From NCBI GenBank assembly GCA_012295275.1, contig CM022668.1:7936001-8000000 (forward strand): a stretch of 64,000 nt of DNA, in the 5' to 3' direction. The translations under genes and the position numbers were made by a program. A model generated the notes under the pieces. That model was not told the DNA's origin and ran no database searches. It was given only the letters and a program-made list of their open reading frames with translations. This DNA comes from Chrysomallon squamiferum. Lineage: Eukaryota > Animalia > Mollusca. Within the stretch, counting starts at the first letter, position 1. Each line of letters starts with the position of its first letter. Positions 42,433-53,809 of the stretch are shown here, piece after piece.

Positions 42433-44470
42433 CCATAAAGATCCTTTGCTGCCAATCAAAAAAGAAATTAGCTAATCACACAACATCAAGTTTTTTCTCT
42501 AAATATCTACATGTGTATTGTCACATGACAACAGAATATAAAACTATTATTAATTAAGTTATTCTTCTTCGGAACATTATCATACTGGTTGACATGTTGA
42601 TGTGTTTTTATTTTATTTTATTAGTATTTTTTTAGTAAGTAACTTAATGGTACAGCTTACACGGTACTACTTTGTATCAGGTACAGACCCTGAGAGAATG
42701 AATGAAGATGAAGGATCCTTACTTTTCTTCTCAAAATCACTCATCTTTATTTTTATTTACTTATTTGTTGTTGTTGTTGTTTTAAGTTAAATGCTTACTC
42801 TTGTACTTATCTATTATTATTTTCCTCTCCATTATATACCTATTGAAAATATAACTGAAATATGTCTTATTTTTCAAAATGATCAGATCAGTGCTTTTTC
42901 TAGTGGTAATCTGCAGTCAATCCAGCCCTGCCCTGACCACACCCTATAAAATATCACAGACCTGCCGGTGGTTGTCTTCTTTCACTATGTAGATACAGGG
43001 TCATTTCTGTACAATTTCTGATATCAAAATTTGTTACTGTTACTGATGATGATGGTAATGATATTACTGATAATGATGATGTTGTAACTGATGATGATGA
43101 TAAATACTGCTTCAGTCCCTATATTTCTTGTATGGTTTATTTCCTAACATTGTTATTGTTAAACTATTGTTATTATTGTTAAACTACAGTAGCTGCAGTA
43201 TTTACTAATCTGGTGGCAGCTTCATATTGTTGATGGTGTGGTGGTTGTTGTTAAAGAACATATTCTAAACCAGCACATTTTAATGACGTTGCTTACTGAA
43301 GTGATAAACACTGACGTCAGTGTAGCTGCTGACAGAATATTTAACTTTTACAAATTACACTGTTGTTTCCAGTTACAGTAAAGTGAATACATTTACACTG
43401 CACCATGCTGTTGTAGTTGATGATGCTAGAGGACCACTACAGTAACACAAACTTGGGTCAGTACTGTTCCTCAGTTACATAAATATTATTAGTGACTAAC
43501 GTTGTTGAAGCCGGTACTGAAGTGGTAGTGTTGTAGTTGTTACTGATGAATGTACCTACAGAAGTTATATTTAAAGTGTCGTTGTTACTGTCGGTAAGTA
43601 CCCCTTACACCGATGTTGCCACCGTTTCGTATATTCTGAATATATTTATATCTTGAATTTTATTTGCTGTTAATAACGTTGTTGTGGGCATCGTCAACGT
43701 TACCGCAAAATGAACCGTGTAATTAATGAAGACAACGTCTTCGGTTTAATACTTTAATGACAAATGTTAAAATAATTTTGTAATTTCGTATTTTATCGCC
43801 CTAATTGCACTGTTGACGTCGCTGGTGATGTTTACAACAGACAATTTTACAAAAGGTAAAACGTGATTAATATAAATCGACGTGGCTGTTGATGTATACC
43901 ACAGACAACTTTTAACAAAGGTCATATAAACTTAAGATTAATTTCAAACGTCCAATCTAAAGATAAACAAGACTGAATCCGATCTTTATAAACAAAACTT
44001 TATCCTACATCGAGATAATGACATCTGACTGTTGTTGTTGTTGTTGTCGTCGTGGTTGTTATGTTTGTCGAATAACTTTCTCATCTGCTTCAACAACAAC
44101 GTGAGGCTTTCTGTGAAGTTTTCTCATGATGCGAGGTAACCGTGAATCGTGCGCAGGTTTCAAGATGTTCTAACGGTTACTGCCTGTTGTTAGTTAACGT
44201 TACAGCGCGAAAACCGTTACAAAACCGTTACAAAACTGTTACACAGAAAAACCCGTTACATAGGAAAAAAAAAAAAAAAAAAATAGGCGGGATCGTCGTT
44301 ACAGTTGTTAATGTAAGCACCGGCTACCTTCGGAATTTTTACGAACTGTTGTGATATTATTTTTATTGTTATTGTTCTTTTTTTTGTTATTAATGTTCCG
44401 CCTGATATAAAGGCTACATTATTATTATTTTTGTTGTTCATACTGTCAAATGTAGTGCCCCCCCTACACA

Positions 44471-44503
<33 letters not shown>

Positions 44504-44505
<2 letters not shown>

Positions 44506-44672
44506 CTGTAAAATTTCGATTTATTTACCTACCATATAGGAAACCTAATTACACTGGTGTACTGCGCAGGTACATCGCTGTAAGAACGAACAAAGGTACA
44601 AAACTGACACACTTTGTTGTAAGTGCGATACTACCAAATGCCAACAATTTGTAACATATGTAATGCAAATAT
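44504..44672 (+). repeat. Inverted repeat, left arm (pairs with 50348-50515)
   Basis: Manual alignment to the reverse complement of 50348-50515 gives 3 substitutions and 1 indel in ~169 nt. Confidence 0.95.
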
Positions 44673-44916
44673 CTGCAGTATATCATTACGTACTGACGAA
44701 GTAACGAGACCGGTGCGTGTTACAACCCCGTTCTCCCCCACCCTGGGGCTTTTCATACAGGTGGGTGTTTTTCTTTTACAGTTTTACAAACATATGGTGT
44801 GATCTTACATTTTGTACGGAAACCCGCCAGTACAGGTGGTCAGCGGAGGGGGGGGTGTGGCTGGTGTTTTGCATACAATATAATTGTTATTATTAAAAGT
44901 ATTTTCTTTGTCTTAC

Positions 44917-45134
44917 CTTTTCGATCTGTTCCTGAGATTTCGTCTTGGGGGAAGATCCGCTTGCGTATCCACTGTCCCGTTACTGTCACCACTCACCCCC
45001 ACATCCACATCGCCCACCACTGAACCCCCATCTCTTTGTGTATCCATCCGACACCCAGGATTCCTCCGGGGGTCATGAGAATTTTTCGTGGGCTGGTTAT
45101 TATTCCCCGCTTCCTCCTGCCTTAATGTAGCCAT
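44917..45134 (-). CDS. Mkx: Mohawk homeobox, coding exon 1 (MATLRQEE...PPRRNLRNRSK-R)
   Basis: ATG at 45134 is directly preceded by an in-frame TGA. The exon is 218 nt and ends AG|GTAAGA, a strong phase-2 donor matching the phase-2 acceptor of the homeobox exon (AG|A = Arg, giving RNRSKRKIVPDKVHQK). The basic stretch before the homeodomain resembles that of vertebrate MKX, and the exon lies just downstream of a TATA/CCAAT promoter. The link across 30 kb is inferred from phase and context. Confidence 0.8.
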
Positions 45135-45369
45135 TCATTGATTTGATTCCGTTAATGACTTTTTTCCTTCGTCGAATGAATATTTATTCATCCCAGAAGA
45201 AAAACATGCGTTCGGAAACAAAGAGGGTGTGGAAAATATAAATATACTAGACACCTACGGTCGGGGAAAAATGATAAATGGAAAGAAACACAAACGCCGT
45301 ACAGCGTTAATCCGAGATGTGACTGAACCAAATGACAGTTGTCGAATCGCTAAACAGACACACAAAGGC

Positions 45370-45377
45370 TTTTTATA
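45370..45377 (-). promoter_or_regulatory. TATA box of Mkx (TATAAAAA); predicted TSS ~45347-45325
   Basis: Minus strand reads GTTATAAAAAGCC about 240 nt upstream of the ATG. Inr-like TCATTT and TCAGTC lie 40-55 nt downstream. Confidence 0.55.
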
Positions 45378-45531
45378 ACAAGCAATCCACAAAACCGGCT
45401 CCCGTGGTAAATACCAAATCAGCTGATCGACCGCGAAACTTACAACCGTGGCCTTCAGATACCGGGCCGAGCGCGCGCACTCAAGACTTCTCCCAACAAT
45501 CTAAACGCAGAACAGCCACATGGTAACACCG

Positions 45532-45629
45532 GTGACCTCTTGGGTCACTCTGACCGGCCAATCAGCAGCGAAAGCCCTCGGTGCGTCATCCAATGAAATG
45601 ACCCGTTTTCTCGGTCACGAAATGATTGA
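45532..45629. promoter_or_regulatory. Proximal promoter core: two CCAAT boxes, half-CRE, GTGACC-N5-GGTCAC palindrome
   Basis: GGCCAATCAG (CCAAT at 45558-45562) and CCAAT at 45590-45594, 32 bp apart. TGCGTCA at 45582-45588. The context is GC/CpG-rich. Confidence 0.65.
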
Positions 45630-45663
45630 TAGGCCGGCGAATACACCTTTCGTTTACAGTGGC

Positions 45664-45671
45664 TATAAATA
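45664..45671 (+). promoter_or_regulatory. Divergent plus-strand TATA box (TATAAATA); predicted TSS ~45694
   Basis: GGCTATAAATAAT about 70 bp downstream of the second CCAAT box, with Inr-like GCATTC about 30 nt further on. Confidence 0.55.
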
Positions 45672-46439
45672 ATACCCGCAGCGGGTTTTTCTGCATTCGG
45701 CCGCAGTCTGTCGTGATAAGTTGTATATCCGTGTCATTAATTATATTTACTTACGATGGATTGGCAGCGATTCAAGAGCAGCGAAGGCCGACATTGAACA
45801 CTGCATCTTGAAATCTGCATTCTGTATGGTTAGTGAAAGACGTTTGCTGCTCTTCAAGGTATTTTCTGAGGTTAGCTGTATTAAAAGGAAGTGGCAAAGA
45901 AGATGTAACCGCGCGCAAACAGAACGACAAAACGTGACTAGAGGCACGGCGGAAGTTAATCAGCATGGGGGGGTGCTCAATGACCTTCAACTGATCAATA
46001 CAGGGAGGGAATGAACTGGGCAGAATGAACCTTTGTTGCGAGTCGTGTCTTTCCGGCAATTTCCGTCAGTGACACGACAAACGCCTGATTCAGGGGATCT
46101 TTTGTTCACGGTGTTGGCTTCATTTGGCTATTACTGATTTCGTTATTTCTTTACTTCTTTTTCTCTTTAATAATAATAATAAAAATACTGGAATAATGTT
46201 GAACCTGCTGTGATAATGTTAAAATAAAAATTAAATATTAAAATTCATCACCATTTTTGGGTAGTATTAGTATACAAATAAACAAAACTTTCCAATACTG
46301 CATGTGAAGGCCGAATTGTATAACAGTAATTGTGATCTATTTAATAATATTTCTCTTTCTCTTCATCATCAGTTTCTTATATAAACAATTTCATAACCAC
46401 CCAACCATACTGAATTCGTGTGACAATCATTTATATTCA

Positions 46440-46505
<66 letters not shown>

Positions 46506-47163
46506 AGACATATATACAGATATTATAATATTAAATTTTAACACGAAAAGTCAGTGACCTGAATACTGGTGTCGTTATAATATGCGTTTACTATTCTCTG
46601 AGGATCACTAAAATTACTTTTAGTGTTTTCATTGTTGTTGTTTTTGCTGTCGTTAGTTTCTCTTTGTTAATACTTGATGCTGTTCTTTCTTTGTACATAT
46701 TTTTTGTTTTTCTTAGTAGTTTTTATTTATTACCTTTGGGCCTGTGCGTTATGCGTTATTTTCTTTTGTTGTTTGTTGTTGTTACGGTTGTCCGTTAATC
46801 GCTTTTTTGTTATTATTATTATTTGAAAAGAAAGGCGCACTTTCGTATTTCAATTAGTTTTTCTTCTTACTGTATGTATCTTGTTGTTATCTATTGTTCT
46901 CTTGTATTAATGTTGTCAGAGTCGATAACGTTGTGTTCCCCTGACACAATCTTATTTTATGAAATGTTTAGATAACAGCCGCTAAGCATTTTATCTAAAT
47001 ATTACCTACTTTTCCCCTAATCTCCTAGTCTGCACTTGTTTCGTATTGTTATTTTATCTTATATATAGTTGTTTTGCTGTTGTTATTACTGTCATAGTTA
47101 TTATTGTTATTATTATTAGTGTTATTATCATGTCATCGATGTTACGGTGGTTGTTGGTGGGCT

Positions 47164-47214
<51 letters not shown>

Positions 47215-47533
47215 GTATAATCATGCTTGAATAAAGAAAAAAAAGAGGTAATATTTCCTTTGTTCTTGTGATTTATTGTTCACAACGTTTCCAGTTACTC
47301 GCTTCGACTTTTCTTCCCAGTAATAAAATACTTAGATCGGGTTGTCAATATTACATTACTTTTTATAGTCTGTTCTTTTCTCTGTGAGAAAAACAACCAA
47401 ACTACATACAAATGGCGCGCTGGGGTGCAATTAAAGTTACTGACAAACATTTTTATAATTTATTTTTTTTCCATAGGTATAGAAATATTTATTTACTTAT
47501 TTATTTATTATAATTTACTATCATTGTTATTGC

Positions 47534-47608
<75 letters not shown>

Positions 47609-48651
47609 CATCATCATCATCATCATTGTAGTAGTAGTAGTAGTTATTTATTTATTGTTACTATTATTGCTATTATTATTATTATTATTCATCTTCATTA
47701 TCATAATCATCATCATGATTATTATTAGTAGTAGCATTTATTTATTTATTTATTTGCTTATTTGTTTATTTGTTTATTTATTTATGTATTACTCTGACAT
47801 TCAAGCACGTCACCTGGGCAGGTAATCCACTGACCGGACTGAGGTGTTTCAGATGGTCACTAGCTGTAGAAATCCGGCTCCCCCCCCCAGGCGAGGTGAA
47901 GTTAAAACAGATACATGTTAATCTGAAATTTATCATGTTTTTATAACCGCAGATAAAACGCGTGAAAGGTGATACTTTTAACATTCAGTTCAACGTGCCA
48001 TTCGTGACCTTTTTAATTTACAGTTATGTGTCACACTATTTTAACTGTTAGAATGCGCGCGCGCGTGTGTGTGTGTGTACGTATAAACGCATATACGTAT
48101 GTATAACATTTTTATATACATACAAAGGAGCATAAGCGTTCGAGCGCACGCACGCACACACACACGAACGCACGCACAAACACACACAGATATATAGACC
48201 GAAACATTTTAAACGTTGAATTAAACCCAATTAAAACTGTCAAAAAATTATCATAACAAAAAACAAGCGTCAGACACAAGAACAAAATTTAATTATTTTC
48301 GACACCCAAAAGCCATTAATGTCAAAATTATATTGAAATATCGCTTAATAAATTAACTTTAACTGAAAACATAACATTAACTAGCTAAAAAAGATGAAGA
48401 AAAACAAAATTGTTTTTAGGTCATTCACCTTTAGGTAATGTTTGCCGAACGTCACCTGAATCTGAAATACAAGACTCGGTCATATTTCCATGAAATCAAT
48501 GTGGACTCATTTATATTTAATAATAATAAAAAAAAATAAAAAGTAATAATAATCTTTTTGATCTATTTGCGGGATATCTAAAAAAAAAAAAAAAAAATAA
48601 AATAAAAAGCTAGAGAATGAATATTAAATTTATTTCTAGATTATTAATTTT

Positions 48652-48708
<57 letters not shown>

Positions 48709-49018
48709 GTCGTTGTTGCTGTTGTTGTTGTTGATATTGTTGTTGTTATTAATACTGATGTTATAATCATTATTACTGTTGTCGTCATGACCATTATCGT
48801 TGTCATCATTATTAATGATAATTATTTTCGTATAAGAAAATGTTGAGATTATTATCATCTTGTTATAATTGTTGTTGTTATCATCACCACTATTATCCTA
48901 AAAATGAAAATGAAATTGGAAATTATAAAACCAAAACATCTGGTACTAAGCCTTTTGATTTAAATCAGTTTTGTTAATATAACAGTTTGCTTCGTACTGA
49001 GAGGTTATTTCATTTTGA

Positions 49019-49021
<3 letters not shown>

Positions 49022-49096
<75 letters not shown>

Positions 49097-49284
49097 AGTG
49101 TCTCTCTCTGTCTCTCTCTCTCTCTCTCTGTGTGTCACTCTCTGTCTCTCTCTCTTTCTCTCTCTCTGTCTCTCTCTCACTCTCTTAGTCACTCTCTCTG
49201 TCTCTTTCTCACTTTCTGTCTCTCTCTTACTCTCTCTCTCTTTCTCTCTCTCTCTGTCTCTCTCACTCTCTCTCTCTCTCTCTC

Positions 49285-49371
<87 letters not shown>
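49022..49371. repeat. Compound (CT)n microsatellite
   Basis: Seen directly. It is one of many CT/GA tracts; others include 905-1141, 6560-6645, 12440-12537, 22319-22562, 27146-27244, 27689-27788, 57162-57274, 62841-62967 and 63258-63416. Confidence 0.97.
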
Positions 49372-49375
<4 letters not shown>

Positions 49376-49401
49376 CGTTAGGGAGCAAAGAAAAAAAAAA
49401 C

Positions 49402-49726
49402 CACAAATGTAATTTTAATAAATGGAGAAATACAAGACGTTTTTAGAAATGGGAGATAAATAGAAAATGGTTTCCTTGTTTCTAGAGAAAGAGCCGGCCT
49501 GAACAAATGTATTTATTCTGTAAGTTTGAAAAGAACCAACCTTTAAAAAAAAAAAAAGTCAAATTAATAATTAAGAACGTGAAAATAGTTGATAGTTATT
49601 TCATTTTTTTAGATGTCCTGAAACATGATAGGATGTGAGATCTGTTCTCTTCGCTACCACTGCAGTGTTCTGTTTCTAACGACTCGTTTTATCAAAATCC
49701 ATGTTTCTGCATTTGATCATTCTGTT
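49402..49726 (+). repeat. Direct repeat copy 2 (325 bp, embedded between CT microsatellites)
   Basis: Colinear with 36917-37241 at an offset of 12,485 bp. Confidence 0.95.
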
Positions 49727-49731
49727 AAAAG

Positions 49732-49810
<79 letters not shown>

Positions 49811-49875
49811 TTTCTTTCATTTCTCTCGGTAATTAAACTTATGACTTAATGTTATTATTATAACTTTTTTCTTTC

Positions 49876-49930
<55 letters not shown>

Positions 49931-50153
49931 TTATCTCTATTAATTTTTCAGTTCAATCTAGTTTAATGAAAGTTATTCTAGTGATGACCTCTATGCACTT
50001 ATTCCTGATAGTTTGAAATGAAACTTATCTGCGTCGGAAATGAGTCACCTGCTTTAGAGAAAAAAAGAAAGAAATACAAAAAAATACAAAATACAAACAA
50101 AACAAACAAACAAAAAAGGCCCCCTCAAGACAAAATTATTATCTAATAAAAAA

Positions 50154-50184
<31 letters not shown>

Positions 50185-50347
50185 AAGAAAAAAAAAAAAA
50201 TATAGAACCAAAAAATAAATTTAAATAAAAGCTAACGAAAATTAAATAAATGAAAATAGATCAAGTTTCGAGGTGTTTCTGTGGTTATATTTAAAACAAA
50301 CGAAACAAAAAGCAAAATAATGATATATTAAAAATGAAATATTGCAA

Positions 50348-50515
50348 ATATTTGCATTACATATATTACAAATTGTTGGCATTTGGTAATATCGCACTTA
50401 CAACAAAGTGTGTCAGTTTTGTACCTTTGTTCGTTCTTACAGCGATGTACCTGCGCAGTACACCAGTGTAATTAGGTTTCCTATAGGTAGGTAAATAAAT
50501 CCAAATTTTACAGAT
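50348..50515 (-). repeat. Inverted repeat, right arm (pairs with 44504-44672)
   Basis: Reverse complement of 44504-44672, about 97-98% identical by eye. Confidence 0.95.
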
Positions 50516-50526
50516 AACAATAATTC

Positions 50527-50599
50527 TGGAGACTAGTTCAGTGGATAGATTACTGGTCTTGTAAATCGGACGTCATGAGTTCAATTCTCACGAGTGATT
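50527..50599 (+). pseudogene. tRNA-Thr(TGT)-like pseudogene or tRNA-derived SINE head
   Basis: A box TAGTTCAGTGG, anticodon arm CTGGT-CTTGTAA-ATCGG, T arm TGAG-TTCAATT-CTCA. Resembles eukaryotic tRNA-Thr(TGT), but the acceptor stem does not pair. A long T run follows at ~50614-50639. Confidence 0.7.
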
Positions 50600-52229
50600 A
50601 CTTGACTGATTCATTTTTTTTTTTTTTTTTTTTTTTTTTCTTTTATGACGATAAAGCTAATGATGATAATTTTGAAGACGACACAACATCAATAATAATG
50701 ATTATATATATACTGAATATACTTTTTAATTAAACTTTGTTTTATTTTATCGGCAAAAGAATTCGATGCTGAATCTACCAGCTTTGAGACGTCGACTTAC
50801 AAACGCAATGTACATTAGACTTCTTACAAAAAAAAAAGAAAATAAGAAAAAAAAACGGAAATCAAATTTAAAAAATAATGATCTGTTTTAGAAAAATGCG
50901 CTAGCTGAAAGACATATTAACTCAATTTTTGTCCCTCTCTAGTACATTTAAAAAAATAAAAAAATAAAAAATAAAAAATAAACATTCGCATTTTGACATG
51001 AGAATTGTACAAAAGCTGCAAGCATCACGTTCAAAATTAATTTAGTCTAAATGAGAGAGAAATCATGTGACAGCTTAGCTTATATATCGAATTAGATTGT
51101 GGCGTGACACTGCTTGGCATCAGATCATATTTCAGTGAGAGCCGACTTGTTTAAAAATATGAAAAACACAAAAACTGCAAAAACAGAAAACAAAAAATAA
51201 AAAAGAGAAAAATGTAATTACGTGCAATTCATTTTTCTTATTTTTTTTTATTTGTTTATTTTGTCGTTCGCTCATTCATTTGTTTGTACGATAGTTTGAT
51301 TGATTTTTTTTTTCTTGTTGTTAATTAATTAATGTTATTTTTATTTTATTTTTATTAATTTAAAAAATATATTTAATTTATTATGAATGTTTTTTTGTTG
51401 TTTGTTTTTGTTTGCATATAAATTGTATATCACTTAGCGAAGAATAAAACAGAATTGAAAATCTCACTTGTTTACTTTTCAGAATTATTGTATTGTTATA
51501 ATTATTTGCTGTGTTTTCGGATGAGAGATTTTTCTAACGATAGATTACAAACCATCTGTATCATCAGTTCCAGTCACAAACACACGCACGCACAGACACA
51601 CACACACACACACGCACTCACATGCACAGATATACCAGACAATAAAATTATATATAATACACACATTAAATATTATGACTTTGCACCAAACAAATTATCA
51701 TATATCACAAGTCACTGACAGTCATAAATTAGCTCGAAATACTTGAACATTTACAGTGACGTCATTTGTCTTACCTTTGTTTCCATGACAAATCTCATAA
51801 AAAGCATGTTTGTTAGTAGTATTATTATAGTTGTTCATCATCATCATCATCATCTTTATCATCACCATCACCATCATCATTATTTATTTATTTAAAAAAA
51901 AAAAAAAAAAAAAAATGGATCGATATTCTTAGAAGATTTCAAAGACCGTATATCACTAGTTCGGTGAAATTTACGTAATATAAGTGGCAGAGATGAACTT
52001 TAATTGTTTAACTGAACGACACAATATCGATTATACATACTACACCATAATCCGTCTGGATTTTAGAATACCTTTTTATTGTTATGTTTTACTTTCAACA
52101 ATTACATTAGTTCAAAACTCGCTTTTAAAGTTACTACTCGGATAAGCGAACTTGCAAACTATGAATACCTCCAAAATACCTCCCCAAACTCTCTATAAGG
52201 AAAGACTGAACAGGTATGCTGTAACGATT

Positions 52230-52800
52230 GTTATAAATTAGCTGTGTGAACAAGCCTTTAGATATGACCATAGGCTAACATAAATTATCATTGGTGTGAA
52301 GAGGCCTTTAGATATAACCGTACTGTAGATTATGAGTAGTCGCTGACGTCAGAAAAAATGAACTAACCGTTAGACACAGTACTAGGTGATATCTAACCAG
52401 TTATAATATAAATGGCTAATAGAAGTCAAAGCATGTGAACTAGCCTTTAGACACAGACTTTTGTGACAAGTGAACATATGTTTTGTGTGGTTGTTGTATG
52501 CCGTAGCATGTGATCTATCAGCTTTCTAGCTGAGACATGGAACTGGATAATAACTGAACATCATTTACAAATGGTTACTATAAGTTATAAACATGTGAAT
52601 TAGCTTTTAGACAGACTTGGATAAACGAACACCACTTTATGAATGTTGCTATAAGTTATAACCTGTGAACCAGACTTTAGGCATAAACGGGATAACCAAA
52701 CTTGTTTACTACAAATTATATCACGTGAATTAACCTATAGACATACAGCACGATTTTGCAAATGGTCTCTATAAGTTATATGGTATGAATTAGACTTTAG
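52230..52800. repeat. Degenerate minisatellite, 9 units, core ATAAGTTATA..ATGTGAAYTAGCCTTTAGAC
   Basis: (G/A)TGA(A/T) cores at 52246, 52296, 52358, 52435, 52510, 52595, 52665, 52725 and 52785; spacing 50-85 bp. Confidence 0.8.
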
Positions 52801-52971
52801 CTGCAGGTGCATCTTTAAACTGCCACGAGCGACCTTCGCGAGCACGTGTCAATTTCAGCGCGAGTTTCCACGGAACAGCGTGTGACGTAATACTTAGCAC
52901 ATAGACTGCAAACGTTTTAGTGATCGCAGTATTCAGGTCAGATTTAGAACCTCCGTGAAAAATAAATAATT

Positions 52972-53229
52972 TAATGTAATGTAATGTAATATAATAAATG
53001 TAATGTAATGTAGCATAATATAATGTAATGTAATATTTTAATAATAGTGTAATGTAACATAATATAAATAATGCAATAAAACATTGTAATGTAATTTAAT
53101 TTAATTTAACTCAATGTAATGTAATATATTATAATTTAGAATAATATACAAACATTATAAACTGTATGACGTAAAGAAAAAGTGAAATATTTTGTATAAT
53201 GACGCACTCAACAAAAACAAGTTTTAATT
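52972..53229 (+). repeat. (AATGT/AATAT)n pentamer array plus unique tail; partner at ~58097-58240
   Basis: Both loci have a pentamer array followed by AATGACGCACTC...AAAAACAAG.TTTTAAT. Confidence 0.7.
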
Positions 53230-53557
53230 TAGTTATAAATTATGGCGCCATATTTCAAGGTTGATTGAGATAAGCAGACAGAGAGGAAACCGACAGACGT
53301 CACAGTCTACTTTTTTCTTCCAGCAACGAGAGCTCTTTTATATACACCTTCATAAAAATAAAATAAAATAATGTTTTTTTTTAATTATATATATATTTTT
53401 TTATCTGTATTGGTATATGTTTTGCCTGTTTTAATCATGCAACATTAGTATGTAAATATGAGAGTAATAGATAAAGTGAGTCAACAAATAATAAAATCCA
53501 AAATCTCAATTTACTGACCTTGACCTGAGATTGCTTTTTTTTTGCGGGGGTTTACGC

Positions 53558-53809
53558 TGTCATGTCCATTATCATCAAGATTTTTTTTTTAAATGTTAGC
53601 GTTGTCATGTCCATTATCATCAACATTTTTTTTTTTTTTTTTTTAACTTTGTCCTGTCCATTATCATCAACATTTTTTTTTTAATTTTTTATCTTTGTCA
53701 TGTCCATTATCATCAGAATCATTTTTTTTTCTTAAACTCCGTTACGTCCATTATCATCAGCATCTTATATATATATATTTTTTTAACGTTGCCATGTCCA
53801 CTGTCATCA
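53558..53809. repeat. Minisatellite: 6 x TGTCATGTCCATTATCATCA separated by T-rich linkers
   Basis: Units start at 53558, 53603, 53650, 53696, 53740 and 53790 (period 44-50 bp). Confidence 0.9.

Noticed and set aside
45826-45842. miR-71 similarity (TGAAAGAC and ATGGTTAGTGA)
   Set aside because: The two blocks are in the wrong order relative to mature miR-71, so this is treated as coincidence.
44504-50515. Autonomous DNA transposon with 170-bp TIRs
   Set aside because: There is no transposase ORF inside, no clear target-site duplication, and the interior is the host gene's promoter and first exon.
50527-50599. Functional tRNA-Thr(TGT)
   Set aside because: The acceptor stem (TGGAGAC / GAGTGAT) does not pair, and the D and T stems have mismatches.
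52230-53809. CRISPR arrays (repeat-spacer look at 52230-52800, 53558-53809 and 11284-11440)
   Set aside because: The repeats are degenerate, the spacers are mutually related or poly-T, there are no cas genes, and the context is a spliced eukaryotic gene.
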